Shown here: in pieces, positions 26,966-37,900 of the stretch
Position numbering within the stretch: position 1 is the stretch's first letter
Layout: each line of letters begins with the position of its first letter
DNA from: Welwitschia mirabilis
Lineage: Eukaryota
Assembly: GCA_051453625.1 (NCBI GenBank)
Contig: JBOZIK010000001.1
Span: forward strand, 23,915,641 to 23,974,358
Length of the DNA: 58,718 nucleotides
Direction of reading: 5' to 3'
Program-made: the position numbers and the translations under genes
The notes under the pieces: generated by a model
What the model was told of the DNA's origin: nothing
The model's database searches: none
Seen by the model: only the letters and a program-made list of their open reading frames with translations

Positions 26966-28599
26966 CTTTTAATTAGCAAGGTTAATTACATGCATCATTT
27001 TCTTATATTAGCCTTTTTAATCCTTCGCAGGCTCATAAGTAATTTTAATTCATCCAAGACATACATCAAAAGAATAAATGCACAAATCTNNNNNNNNNNN
27101 NNNNNNNNNNNNNNNNNNNNNNNNNNNNNNNNNNNNNNNNNNNNNNNNNNNNNNNNNNNNNNNNNNNNNNNNNNNNNNNNNNNNNNNNNNNNNNNNNNNN
27201 NNNNNNNNNNNNNNNNNNNNNNNNNNNNNNNNNNNNNNNNNNNNNNNNNNNNNNNNNNNNNNNNNNNNNNNNNNNNNNNNNNNNNNNNNNNNNNNNNNNN
27301 NNNNNNNNNNNNNNNNNNNNNNNNNNNNNNNNNNNNNNNNNNNNNNNNNNNNNNNNNNNNNNNNNNNNNNNNNNNNNNNNNNNNNNNNNNNNNNNNNNNN
27401 NNNNNNNNNNNNNNNNNNNNNNNNNNNNNNNNNNNNNNNNNNNNNNNNNNNNNTTCACATAATATCTTCTTCGTAATCTTCTTCTTTTAATTAGCAAGGT
27501 TAGATACATGCATCATTTCCTTATATTAGCCTGTTTAATCCTTCGCAGGCTCATAAGTAATTTTAATTCATCCAAGACATACATCAAAAGAATAAATGCA
27601 CAAATCTTAAAATTATCATGTGGCATAATGAGACACACTTTTCAATTCTAATAAATAAGATGATAAGTATGCTATGAACTAAATGCCTTACACATCTCAA
27701 AAATATAAAAGTCANNNNNNNNNNNNNNNNNNNNNNNNNNNNNNNNNNNNNNNNNNNNNNNNNNNNNNNNNNNNNNNNNNNNNNNNNNNNNNNNNNNNNN
27801 NNNNNNNNNNNNNNNNNNNNNNNNNNNNNNNNNNNNNNNNNNNNNNNNNNNNNNNNNNNNNNNNNNNNNNNNNNNNNNNNNNNNNNNNNNNNNNNNNNNN
27901 NNNNNNNNNNNNNNNNNNNNNNNNNNNNNNNNNNNNNNNNNNNNNNNNNNNNNNNNNNNNNNNNNNNNNNNNNNNNNNNNNNNNNNNNNNNNNNNNNNNN
28001 NNNNNNNNNNNNNNNNNNNNNNNNNNNNNNNNNNNNNNNNNNNNNNNNNNNNNNNNNNNNNNNNNNNNNNNNNNNNNNNNNNNNNNNNNNNNNNNNNNNN
28101 NNNNNNNNNNNNNNNNNNNNNNNNNNNNNNNNNNNNNNNNNNNNNNNNNNNNNNNNNNNNNNNNNNNNNNNNNNNNNNNNNNNNNNNNNNNNNNNNNNNN
28201 NNNNNNNNNNNNNNNNNNNNNNNNNNNNNNNNNNNNNNNNNNNNNNNNNNNNNNNNNNNNNNNNNNNNNNNNNNNNNNNNNNNNNNNNNNNNNNNNNNNN
28301 NNNNNNNNNNNNNNNNNNNNNNNNNNNNNNNNNNNNNNNNNNNNNNNNNNNNNNNNNNNNNNNNNNNNNNNNNNNNNNNNNNNNNNNNNNNNNNNNNNNN
28401 NNNNNNNNNNNNNNNNNNNNNNNNNNNNNNNNNNNNNNNNNNNNNNNNNNNNNNNNNNNNNNNNNNNNNNNNNNNNNNNNNNNNNNNNNNNAAAACCATC
28501 AATAAGATGGTTATAACTAAGAAATAAATAAACTCATCAAAAAATGAAAGTACTTGATAATTATGTAGTGTCATTTAAGCTTTAAAAGTACATGTTAAT

Positions 28600-31500
28600 T
28601 GTAATTCAAAATTAAGGATGAATAACTACTTTTTTTTCATTAGAAAGAAAGAATTACATTACATTAAAGAAATAAAATTAAGCTAATATAGACTCATTAG
28701 GCTAGTTTTAAAGTTATCTCACTCCTAATGGGAGGAGCTTAGAAAGATATGACGATTTCTAAGAGTTTAATAATTTTACCAGCTAAAGATTTTACAAATA
28801 AGCATGTTCATCCCTTTTTATAGGTGAAAATAGGATTAGGTTTTTTATTAGGGATTTACAATTAGAAATTTGACACTTTTATCGCTATACAGTTTGCCAT
28901 ATTTTGGTGTCATAACTGCTTGAACCCATAACTAGAAATTGATTACTTTCCTAAGATAACTCTAGAATGTAATGTTTGAAGAATTTTAATCCAAAGAAGT
29001 AGTGCAATCAATGACCTATATGATGGTGCTAGCATTTTCTACTAAAATATTTTCAACTTTTGATATGTCATCCAAAATGCAGGATATTACCTAAAATCAT
29101 CATGGGAAAATCCATAAGTTTATAAATCATATTTAAAATGGCATAAAACATAAATTCATGATAAAATAGTTAATTTAATAACTTATTCAAAGCTAAATTA
29201 GTCTAACATATTTGTTCTTAATGTTAACTTTTAGATCTTATCAAACATAATCAGCATCAGTAGGATTAGTCTTCAATCTTTCTAACTGAGGGGTCGTAAG
29301 ATTCTGTACTTTATCTTCATTACTTATGTTATTGTTAGATTTTACCTTATATGTTCAAACAAGGATTGGTTTATCAAGGATTTATATGTCATCATCCTGT
29401 GTTACATCCTTTTATTATTAGAGGAAGTTGAGGTTTCTTCACATGGGGTTGTATTATGTTTACTTCTATACGCTATTTTAATCTTTCTTTATGTCATTAG
29501 GATTAGGTATTATTTGAGTTTTAAGAGACCTTTGTAATCTTTAATTCTTTAAAATAGTTTGTTAAGGTATGCCTATAAGTTTTTAATATTTTTATTTTGA
29601 TTTTATATATAATGATTTATGATCTCATGCATCTTTTTTAATTATTTAATTGAATCTCTAAGGAAATTATTTCTATGATAATTAGAGGAGTTTAGCTAAA
29701 AGTCATTCATTTATTCTCAAATGAGGACTTAAAAGTTGGATATGGCCTATTATTTGTTAGCTAGAATTAAATGATTATTTTTATAAATGTATGACCTTTA
29801 ACTAAATGTGTAAATATCTTTAAAAATCACTTCTTCACAAGTTGGGAAAGTAGGACAATCTTCCATTACATCAGAATCATTCTCACAAATGTCATGTATA
29901 AAGTATGATGTTGAAGGTCTTTTATTTAATACTTTAGTATCAAAGATAGCTCTTATGTATTTTTCCAAAATATTGCTAAGAACTTGAATTAAAATTTTAG
30001 TATTAGTTTATTCTTGTGTACATTTCAATCCACTTTCTTCATGTCTTTTAATACTTGTCTTATAGTCATTCCTTTCTTGTGGATTGATTTAGTTTAAGTT
30101 TGGCTCATCTTAACTAATTCCTCTAATCATGTCTAAGTGTCATCCAAAGTAAGGATAAATAAATAGCCTCTACCTAAAATATCCACTAATTACTTTATTT
30201 GACTATTTAAATTACTATATAAATGATGAACAAGTTCTTTCTTTGTGAATTCATCTACTAGATTTGATGATGTAGTAATTAGAAATCTCTCATAGTTTGT
30301 GGCATAGTCTTCATAAGTTAGTTATGAAACATTTGTGAATTATTTTCTTCTTTTTCTCATGGTTATTTTACTCATGAATTTGTTAATAAAAGCAAATTAT
30401 ACTTGTTCAAACTCTTAAGGGTTTTGTGTGGAATAGTTTTCAACCAATTTTAAGCTTTTCCGTTAAGTGTAAAGAAAAAAATGATTATTTAGCTCCTACT
30501 ACTAATCTTTTTCTTTCTGTTTCCTGAGGTAAGAACTATTAATTCAAATTTAGTCAAGTTTTGAAAGGGATCCTCATCATGATCTCCTAGAAATATTAGA
30601 TAAGCACTCAGGTCTTTCAATTCTAAATCATCTCCTATGAATAAATCAAAAAATTTTGAACTTTCATTTTTTTTCAATTAGCAATGATTTCTTTGAGGTA
30701 TGTTGAGGTAATGTTGGAACTTGAATTCATGTTAGAAGAAAGATATTCCAAAGAAGAGGAAGAACTATTTGGTAAAGTTGAGAAAGTTTATGAAGCTGAA
30801 GTATTCTTAAAAGAAGGTAAAGTGTTATTTGAAGTGGAAGAAATTTTAAAAAGATAAGTACAAAAATAAGAAGCAATAAACACAAAAAAATTCTTTAAGT
30901 AAACCCTTATTTCTTACCTTAAGTTCTTGAATTAAAATCAACTAGAATTTCTTTAATTATTTTTTCAATAAAGAGTTTTTTTTCCTTAAAATGCTTTACC
31001 ATTTTTCTGCATGGTCAAAAAATGTTGACAAGCTTGTTTACATTCAAGGGAAATAATCTTTAAGATCATCTAAGAGAAAGGAGTAGGTTTCATCAACACT
31101 AGATGTGGTAAACACTTAAATCACATAAAGCATAAGGTGTAGGGCCAATTTTATATGTCTTTAAAAAAGAATATGGTAATCAACAAGATTACATAAAGTG
31201 TGAGAGGTAGACCTAATAAAGATTGATAATCTCTTCTCAAGAGAGTAGATTTAATAAATAATCTTTCAAAATAAAGGTAGATTAAAATTAATAATAATCA
31301 CCAAAAAAATCAATTACTTTAATCAAAAGAAAATATAAATTAAAAGAAAGGAAAAATATATTACACCCAAATTAGAATAACCAAGTAAAAACTTATAAAG
31401 CTTAAAAGATACTTAAGTGCACATAAGTATATTTAACTTTAGAATAAGATATAATACTACTTAAATAAATAATCTAAAATCAAATCAATTACTTAGATAG

Positions 31501-32887
31501 TGAGAATCAGCTTTTCAAAGTTTCTTGAATGCCTCCCTAGTAATGATTACAAGATGTTTTGAATGTGGTTTGTGGATGTAAAACACATAACATATGTTTT
31601 AAATCTACTTATTACTAATGTGCAATCTTTCAATATCTAGCTTACATAAATATACTAGTATCGAGAATTAAATCCAATGTTATAAACTGGTAAGGAATTT
31701 TGATTTATCTATAAATTCAATTCATTCAAAAAAGAAGCTAAGTTTTGTTTGTATTTTAATTTAGTATGAAATTGAAATAATGATTCAACAATGAATCAAA
31801 TGTAATGAATGTGGAATGGAAGAATTGAAATGCAATGAGATGGAAATAAAACACAATTCTTAATGTAATTAATTAACCAAGTTTACTATCTTCTTATCAC
31901 TTAAATTAACCCTTATATTCTATATTAAGATCAAAGTTAATCTACTTAAACTTTAATTTGATTCTAACATAAGACATAAGGTGGATAAGAAGAGTAATTA
32001 ATAAAATACAAATTGACTTTATTGATCAAATTGTAATACATCGACTTGCAAGTAGTAATTCTTTAATGAAGAAGAAACCATCCAATATGAAAGCGAGCTC
32101 CTCTCAAAAGTCAAAATGAATCCCTTAATAAAATGAACTTCAATCATCATAAGATTATTTAGTGCTAAAAGGATGGCCAAAAGGGATGCCTAAGGAGGAT
32201 ATTCATAGCTTTGAATTAGCAGTTTGAAATATGGACAAGTATAAATTACACAGACATGAATCTTACTAATAAAGAAGTATAAGATTATTAATTTTTAAAT
32301 AGATTTAAATGTGTCCTGGATTTTCGTCTAAAGACTATGCTGGATGAAGGTACTCTTTTCAATAAGTCTATTTTATGTCTCTGTCTAGTATAAATACTAA
32401 TAGGCATCTACCTATCTCATATAGAAAACTAGATGGATGAATGTGTGAATTACTAATAATCATCTGCCATGTCATGTCATATCATCCTTCACTGAAACTA
32501 ACTCTTGTTGGCTAGTTATCTGGTAAGATTTCTCTAAATTGTTAAGCATGGATGATTATTCCAAAATTATTCTAGAAAGATAGGCATCCAAATGCTTATG
32601 TCTCATTTATCATCTCCTAGATTTTTCCAAATGATTATCTAGATAAATCCTTTCTTCCTTAGTCTTAGCTCTTATCAACATCCCTTGGTCTAAAATTGGC
32701 TCTGAGATTTTCAACTCTCAAAATCATCTCTTAAAAACTTCATAAGTCATTGTACTCCCATAAGGTTTTCACAATGTTGTAACTAAAATTCCTCATAAAT
32801 AGGATCCTTTAGAATCATTAAATTATGAGTTGTCATTATTCCATTAGCAGGCTCAAGAAATAGGAAAGTCCTAAAAGCATCACAAAA
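28600..32887 (-). mobile_element. Athila-like element D: gag remnant, PBS and 5' LTR, 3'-truncated
   Basis: ORF 30489-30677 contains DLELKDLSAYLIFLGDHDEDPFQNL (gag). PBS 31534-31552 is TCCCTAGTAATGATTACAA. The LTR at 31555-~32887 resembles 57490-58569. Confidence 0.75.
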
Positions 32888-33236
32888 TAAATAACTTATG
32901 TTTAAAATCTATGCATTTTATGATTTTCATAATAGCCATGGATAATTATCATAAGTCCTTTAGAAACCTATCAATTTCGCATGGGAACATGTTCTAAAAT
33001 ACTATCAAATAAGGCCAATTTTGCCTTGTAAAAAGGGTTTATTCATGGAACTTTCTAAGTTGTTAATAATTTACCTTCATATCCATATGCATGGTTTAAG
33101 TGAGGAACAAGATAATAAGAGTGGTCCTAAATAGTGGAGTATTTGCTTTAAGGATAGAGTTTTCTTCCCCTTCAAATACCTAGTCTTTTCTTATTTTAAT
33201 GTAATCAATGTTGTTTTCTATTTTCTTATTTTATAT

Positions 33237-33476
33237 GGATCACTATGAGGAATCTTATACTTGAACTACTTATTGCACTTCCTGATAGGATCACTATGAG
33301 GAATCTTATACTTGAACTACTTTGNNNNNNNNNNNNNNNNNNNNNNNNNNNNNNNNNNNNNNNNNNNNNNNNNNNNNNNNNNNNNNNNNNNNNNNNNNNN
33401 NNNNNNNNNNNNNNNNNNNNNNNNTTGCACTTCCTGATAGGATCATTATGAGGAATCTTATACTTGAACTACTTTG
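33237..33476. repeat. 52-bp tandem repeat spanning a 100-N gap
   Basis: GGATCAYTATGAGGAATCTTATACTTGAACTACTT occurs at 33237, 33289 and ~33440. Confidence 0.8.
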
Positions 33477-33499
33477 CAATAACTATGGATTTGGTGATT

Positions 33500-34110
33500 A
33501 GATTGGGTGATTTTTTATAGACCAATAATTCTTTACTACTTCTATTCATCCACATAATCTCATAGCCCTTTTGAAACTTTATTTGAAGTTTTTTTTTTAG
33601 CTACTTTACGTCCTTTAATCATAATTCAATAAGGCATATACCTACTAATCCTATAATGAAGTGAATAAGAGATTTTTCATTCAATTATTAGAATTAGTAT
33701 GTAAAGCCCTAAAACTTATTTCATGCATAGAGAAGGCTAAAAATTTAGTATCTATGATTCTAAATAAAGTCTTTCAATAGCCTTATAGGAATGAGGTCTT
33801 TAAATTTTAAGATGTGAATAGGTATAGTTGTAATGAAAACTTTCAAGAAGCTTGTTTAAGTTTTTTTTTGTTTTCTAAGTTTTACATTGTTGAAAAAACT
33901 TGGGATCAAATTAAAAGTAACTTTGAAATGATTATTAATGAATTATAGGTGGTAACACCCTAGATGGACCATCACAAGATGAGGTAATCAAAATCATTCA
34001 AAGTTTATAAGAGGATAGCAGTTTTATCCATCTATTCTTAATTATTTAGGGGTTAAGATTATAAGTATGTAGGTTAGTAATCACATGCTTCAAGGGAGGG
34101 TTTCTAATGT
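33500..34110 (+). mobile_element. Possible very decayed gypsy integrase C-terminus and PPT
   Basis: SPFETLF-like (~33564) and FYIVEK-like (~33880) stretches, then CTTCAAGGGAGGG (~34088) before TAATG. Weak evidence. Confidence 0.3.
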
Positions 34111-36819
34111 AGAGAAAAGCCTCTAAGCAATTTTGGCAAAGGATGTAAGGATTGGTCATAAGAAGAGATTCTTAAATTATTCTCTCAAGAGACTAAGCCA
34201 AGAAGACTTTGAAGCCTTCTACGCTAAGAATCAAGAATCGAAAAAGCACTTATTATCATCTACTTAATGTATTATGATGTTGTCAAATAATTACTATAGC
34301 AAGTCTATCATTCTGAATTATTTAAGATATGACGACATGGATGGGAAAATTATCCCAAATCCCTTGGATTTCTCTTAAGAAATCCCATTCTTCCTAGGAT
34401 AGAAATGGGTTTGATGAGGGATTTTTCCTCTCAATATTGGTCAATAAACCATTAAAATTATTTTTCTTTTTCTTGTTCTTTTTTTCTTTTTTCTACATTC
34501 CCTTCTTTATCGCTTGCTTGGTTATGTATCCTACATGGCAACTCCCTTTATCTTCCTAAAGAAAACTCTAATTATCACATACTCTTTTTTATTTAATAAA
34601 AATTATCTAAGAGCCTTTTTATGTAGTAAAAAAATGTTTATGGCTTGTTTTTTCTTTGATAACGATTATGACAATTTAACATCTTAATAATTATGAAATG
34701 GAATCTTATTTGATTTATAATGATTGAAATCATAATAAAGAGAAAATAACTACATAACTGAAATAGAATTGAAAGAAATAAAGTGACTTCCATTCATTGA
34801 TATTGAAAAGAATCTCCCTTTGCAACCACAAATAATCTTCATCAAGGAGAATAGTCTAATGTAATAGACTAACTAGAAGGGTATACCTTTTAGGTCTTTC
34901 CTTTAAGACCACTAAGTGGTAAGGCCAGGTCTATTAAGATTTGAAACCAACTTGTTGAATGCCCTATACCTTAACTAGGCCATCCTTTTAATGTTAACGA
35001 AGGATTGTGAATTAGATTTGTGCCTTTTCATTAGAATCATATCACTTGAATAAATAATTACAACTACTTACTTAATTAATATGAGCATTAAATTACTACA
35101 TGATTAATTAATATTAACTCATTTAATTCATAACAAATACCATTTTTATTCAATGAGTCATTTTATTAAACAACTAATTAGCTTCCTCTCAATAATAAGT
35201 TTTGTGACATATGAGATATAGTATTCATATTATTACATGTATGCTTTGATAGTGTTGGCTTAAATAATTGCTAACATGACTTCTTGTAAGAAAGCATGTG
35301 CATGATTCCCTTGAGGTTTTATTCACATGGATTATTTGTTCAAAGAGTCAATAAAACCAAGGTTAGAGAGGTATAATATTTCTTCCGCTACTTACTAGGC
35401 TTGTAATCAAGGATGACATTTCATTTAAGAACATGGAAGGGTATTGTGTAAAAGTACCAAAACTAAAGATCATACATCAGAGTAGTGCTAAGGAAGAAGT
35501 GCATATGGGAAAGGAAGAAAAGTCCCACATGTGAGGGATGGTTCTGTAACTAAGAGATTACCAATAGATAGTTAGGTGTTAAGAGCTAAAGCTACAGTTG
35601 TTTGAGCCAGAGTAATAGTGGATGCAAGCCTAGGTAAAGTAGAAAAGGTTAGCTAAGAGCCATAGGCAAGAGATAGACATATTACCTACTTAAGAATTCA
35701 TTAATGTCTCCATTGATTAGGGATTATTACACTTTGTTGTTAGCATACATTTGTTTATTAGGCCTTATATATAGCCATTAGACCTAATATCTTGTTCATT
35801 ATCATGTGATAAGAAATTCAAATGCAGCATTAGGCCAAATTACATGGACATCATGAGTTAGAACATAGTTTTAGAGTAATGTTTTGGCGTTTGTTTAGAG
35901 CGTTTTGGTTGGAGTCATGTGAGATTAATACTTATAAAGATTGTGAGAGTTTCAATCTAGCTGAGGCACTCATCCTATGTCTTGTTTATTCTATATAGCC
36001 AGTTAGAGGGATTAGACCTAGGTAGTAGGTCTATTGTTGAATGTGCAACTAGTTGAATTACAATGTAGGGGCTTCAAATGTTGTGAAATAAAGTCATTTA
36101 AATGTCATAGCTAAATAGTGCCTTTTGCTAAGGGATATTAGGGTAATGGTTGCATTGGTAATACTTGACTTCATTGTAAACATGTTTGACTCTTTTCATG
36201 TTGTTGTTACACTAGGATTTCAATGAATTTGTTGGTTAGGTGAGGCTTAGTCATTAGTCTAAAATGGCTTATGTCGTCATTGCACCAAGATTTCAAGGCA
36301 TTTATTGGTTGGATGAAGTTTAGTGGTTGCTCTAAATTTGCTTAGGTCTATTCTAGGATGATGTAGCTTGTTCTCAAGCATGTGCTCAATTCACAACTAA
36401 ATAGCCAAATGAAGGCTTCATCTGTAAACTTTGCCAAGAAAACTTCAATCATCTATAACGTTTCACGATAATGATGGTTCACACAATATATAAGACAACA
36501 TTGTTATGTTAATAATTTCTTGCTCTTTTATTATGTAAACTGGAAGTCCAGCCCTTTGGTTATATGGGTGAGTCCTTTATGGCTCCATAAACATCTCATG
36601 TTGTGATATCAATGCCTGAACAAATCATTCTTAACCACAATCATTAATGTGTGGTCGTGAGTTCCATTGTGGGTTAACCATGGAAGCAAGCAAACGTGTT
36701 ATGAGCTTAATTCGAGTAGTCACTCTTGCTCCACGTGACAAGACCAGCCGAAAGTGCAGGAGTTTCAAAAGTAAGCATATCAATACCCTAAGGAAAACTA
36801 ATATGTAGCGTTGGTTTCA

Positions 36820-36852
36820 GATGAAAGACTTGAATTTCAAAAAAAAATCAAA
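36820..36852 (+). promoter_or_regulatory. Plant tRNA-gene 5' flank (A/T-rich tract and CAA motif)
   Basis: TTGAATTTCAAAAAAAAATCAAA lies directly before the tRNA, with CAA at 36849-36851, as is typical of plant Pol III tRNA genes. Confidence 0.55.
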
Positions 36853-36924
36853 GCTTCCATAGCATAGTGGTAGTGCGTTCGCTTCGTAAGCGAAAGGTCG
36901 CGAGTTCGATCCTCGCTGGGAGCT
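36853..36924 (+). tRNA. trnT-CGU: tRNA-Thr, anticodon CGU (nuclear type, 72 nt, no intron, no encoded CCA)
   Basis: Full cloverleaf: acceptor GCTTCCA/TGGGAGC, D stem GCAT/GTGC, anticodon arm TTCGC-TT[CGT]AA-GCGAA, T arm GCGAG-TTCGATC-CTCGC, discriminator T. A and B boxes are intact and all CpGs are retained. Confidence 0.98.
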
Positions 36925-36954
36925 GTAAACTTCCTTATTTAATCAAGGTTAGGC

Positions 36955-36958
36955 TTTT
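36955..36958 (+). terminator. First possible Pol III terminator (T4); first T5 at 37049-37053
   Basis: This is the first run of at least 4 T downstream of the tRNA, about 30 nt after its 3' end. Confidence 0.5.
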
Positions 36959-37129
36959 GGCTCGGGTTTAGTGTTAAAAAGGAAGGCCCTACGTTGTAGA
37001 CTTCCTTATTCAATCAGTGGCCTTGTGGGGACTTTTGTTGTGACATCGTTTTTGCACAGTCGATAGTCTTCGTTCCCTGTGTATTCGTGGAAACATGGGA
37101 AGCCAGATTTTAAGGTTGATTAGGGGTTA

Positions 37130-37900
37130 TGTTAACAGACATCACCTGAAGGTGCTTTGCCGGAGGAGTCATTCATTCACAGCCTTAGTAGCCGGGAATG
37201 AGGCAGACGGTCACTCCGGGAAGCCTATCTGAGTGGACAGCCGGGAAGTCTAGCGTAACCAGAAGGCATCTGCAAGCAAGTCGTGTTCCGGCAGTTCTCA
37301 ACGAGTCCCCGGGCGAGTTGGGTGTCTGGCTAGAGTGTGGTTTAGTACTGCCATGACGCGGGGAACCCTCGTGGTAGTTATAGAAGGCCTTAGCTTTCTT
37401 AAGGTAAACCCCCAGGAGAGCAGCGCCTCCCTCTAAGGGTAAAGTCAGCCAGCGGCTCCGGCGATGACAACTCCTGGACCGGTTGGTATTGCGGGAAGTG
37501 CGGGGCGTTTGGTGACCTCACGAGTGGTGTTACAATCAGTAAGACGGGTCCTTTTCATATTATGAATCGACGACGGGATTCTTTCTGTACCTTCTCGCTT
37601 CCGTATACACGGCGCCCAGAGGTGGTCTTCACCGAATCTGAACCTACGCTAACAACGAGCGGTACGTTGGCCACGGCCACGGTCCACAACCAAGCAGGAG
37701 TGAGGACAGAGACCTGCAGACGTACACTGCTTGGAAGACTGACAGCACAAGACCGCGTAAAAATGTGTCCGATACTACAGGCGCATGCGCCTTCTTACCT
37801 GAGCATGCCACCGCCGACACCTCTCTGCGCGTATCCCGGATCAGTCTGAGCCGGCTCACTTTCGCCTAAAATTGATGGCTGATATCGCAGGGGACTCTTT
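37130..37900. other. GC-rich, CpG-rich block of unknown identity
   Basis: Hand counts of three 60-nt lines give 53, 60 and 65% GC with abundant CpG, against ~27% in a background line and near-absent CpG elsewhere. Confidence 0.9.

Noticed and set aside
33237-33476. CRISPR-like array
   Set aside because: It is a head-to-tail repeat with no unique spacers, in a eukaryotic context, and is partly a gap artefact.
35521-35533. snRNA USE-like AGTCCCACAT
   Set aside because: There is no properly spaced TATA or downstream snRNA, and it lies in decayed repeat-like DNA.
35240-36430. Possible additional solo LTR (TATA-like CTTATATATAG at ~35764)
   Set aside because: Termini, TSD and a partner copy could not be identified.
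36945-36980. Telomerase RNA template (CTAAACCC on minus)
   Set aside because: A T5 run lies just upstream on that strand, there is no USE-TATA, and the transcript would run antisense into the tRNA.
36853-37130. tRNA-derived SINE or tRNA-snoRNA dicistron
   Set aside because: The tRNA is intact and occurs once in the window, with no poly(A) tail. There is no C box (RTGATGA) or D box pair in the trailer.
37020-37435. SRP RNA (TGTGGGGAC and AGAGCAGCG)
   Set aside because: The spacing is too long and the 5' side of helix 8 is missing.
37295-37515. RNase MRP RNA (AGTCCCCGGGC at 37304 and CGGGGC at 37501)
   Set aside because: It lacks the GAAA before GTCCCC and the 3' GGGGCTTA motif, and no USE/TATA promoter was seen. 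An Infernal search would settle it.
37470-37740. Group I intron (ATTGCGGGAA resembles P; CAGAGAC resembles R)
   Set aside because: No Q or S elements were found in the right order.
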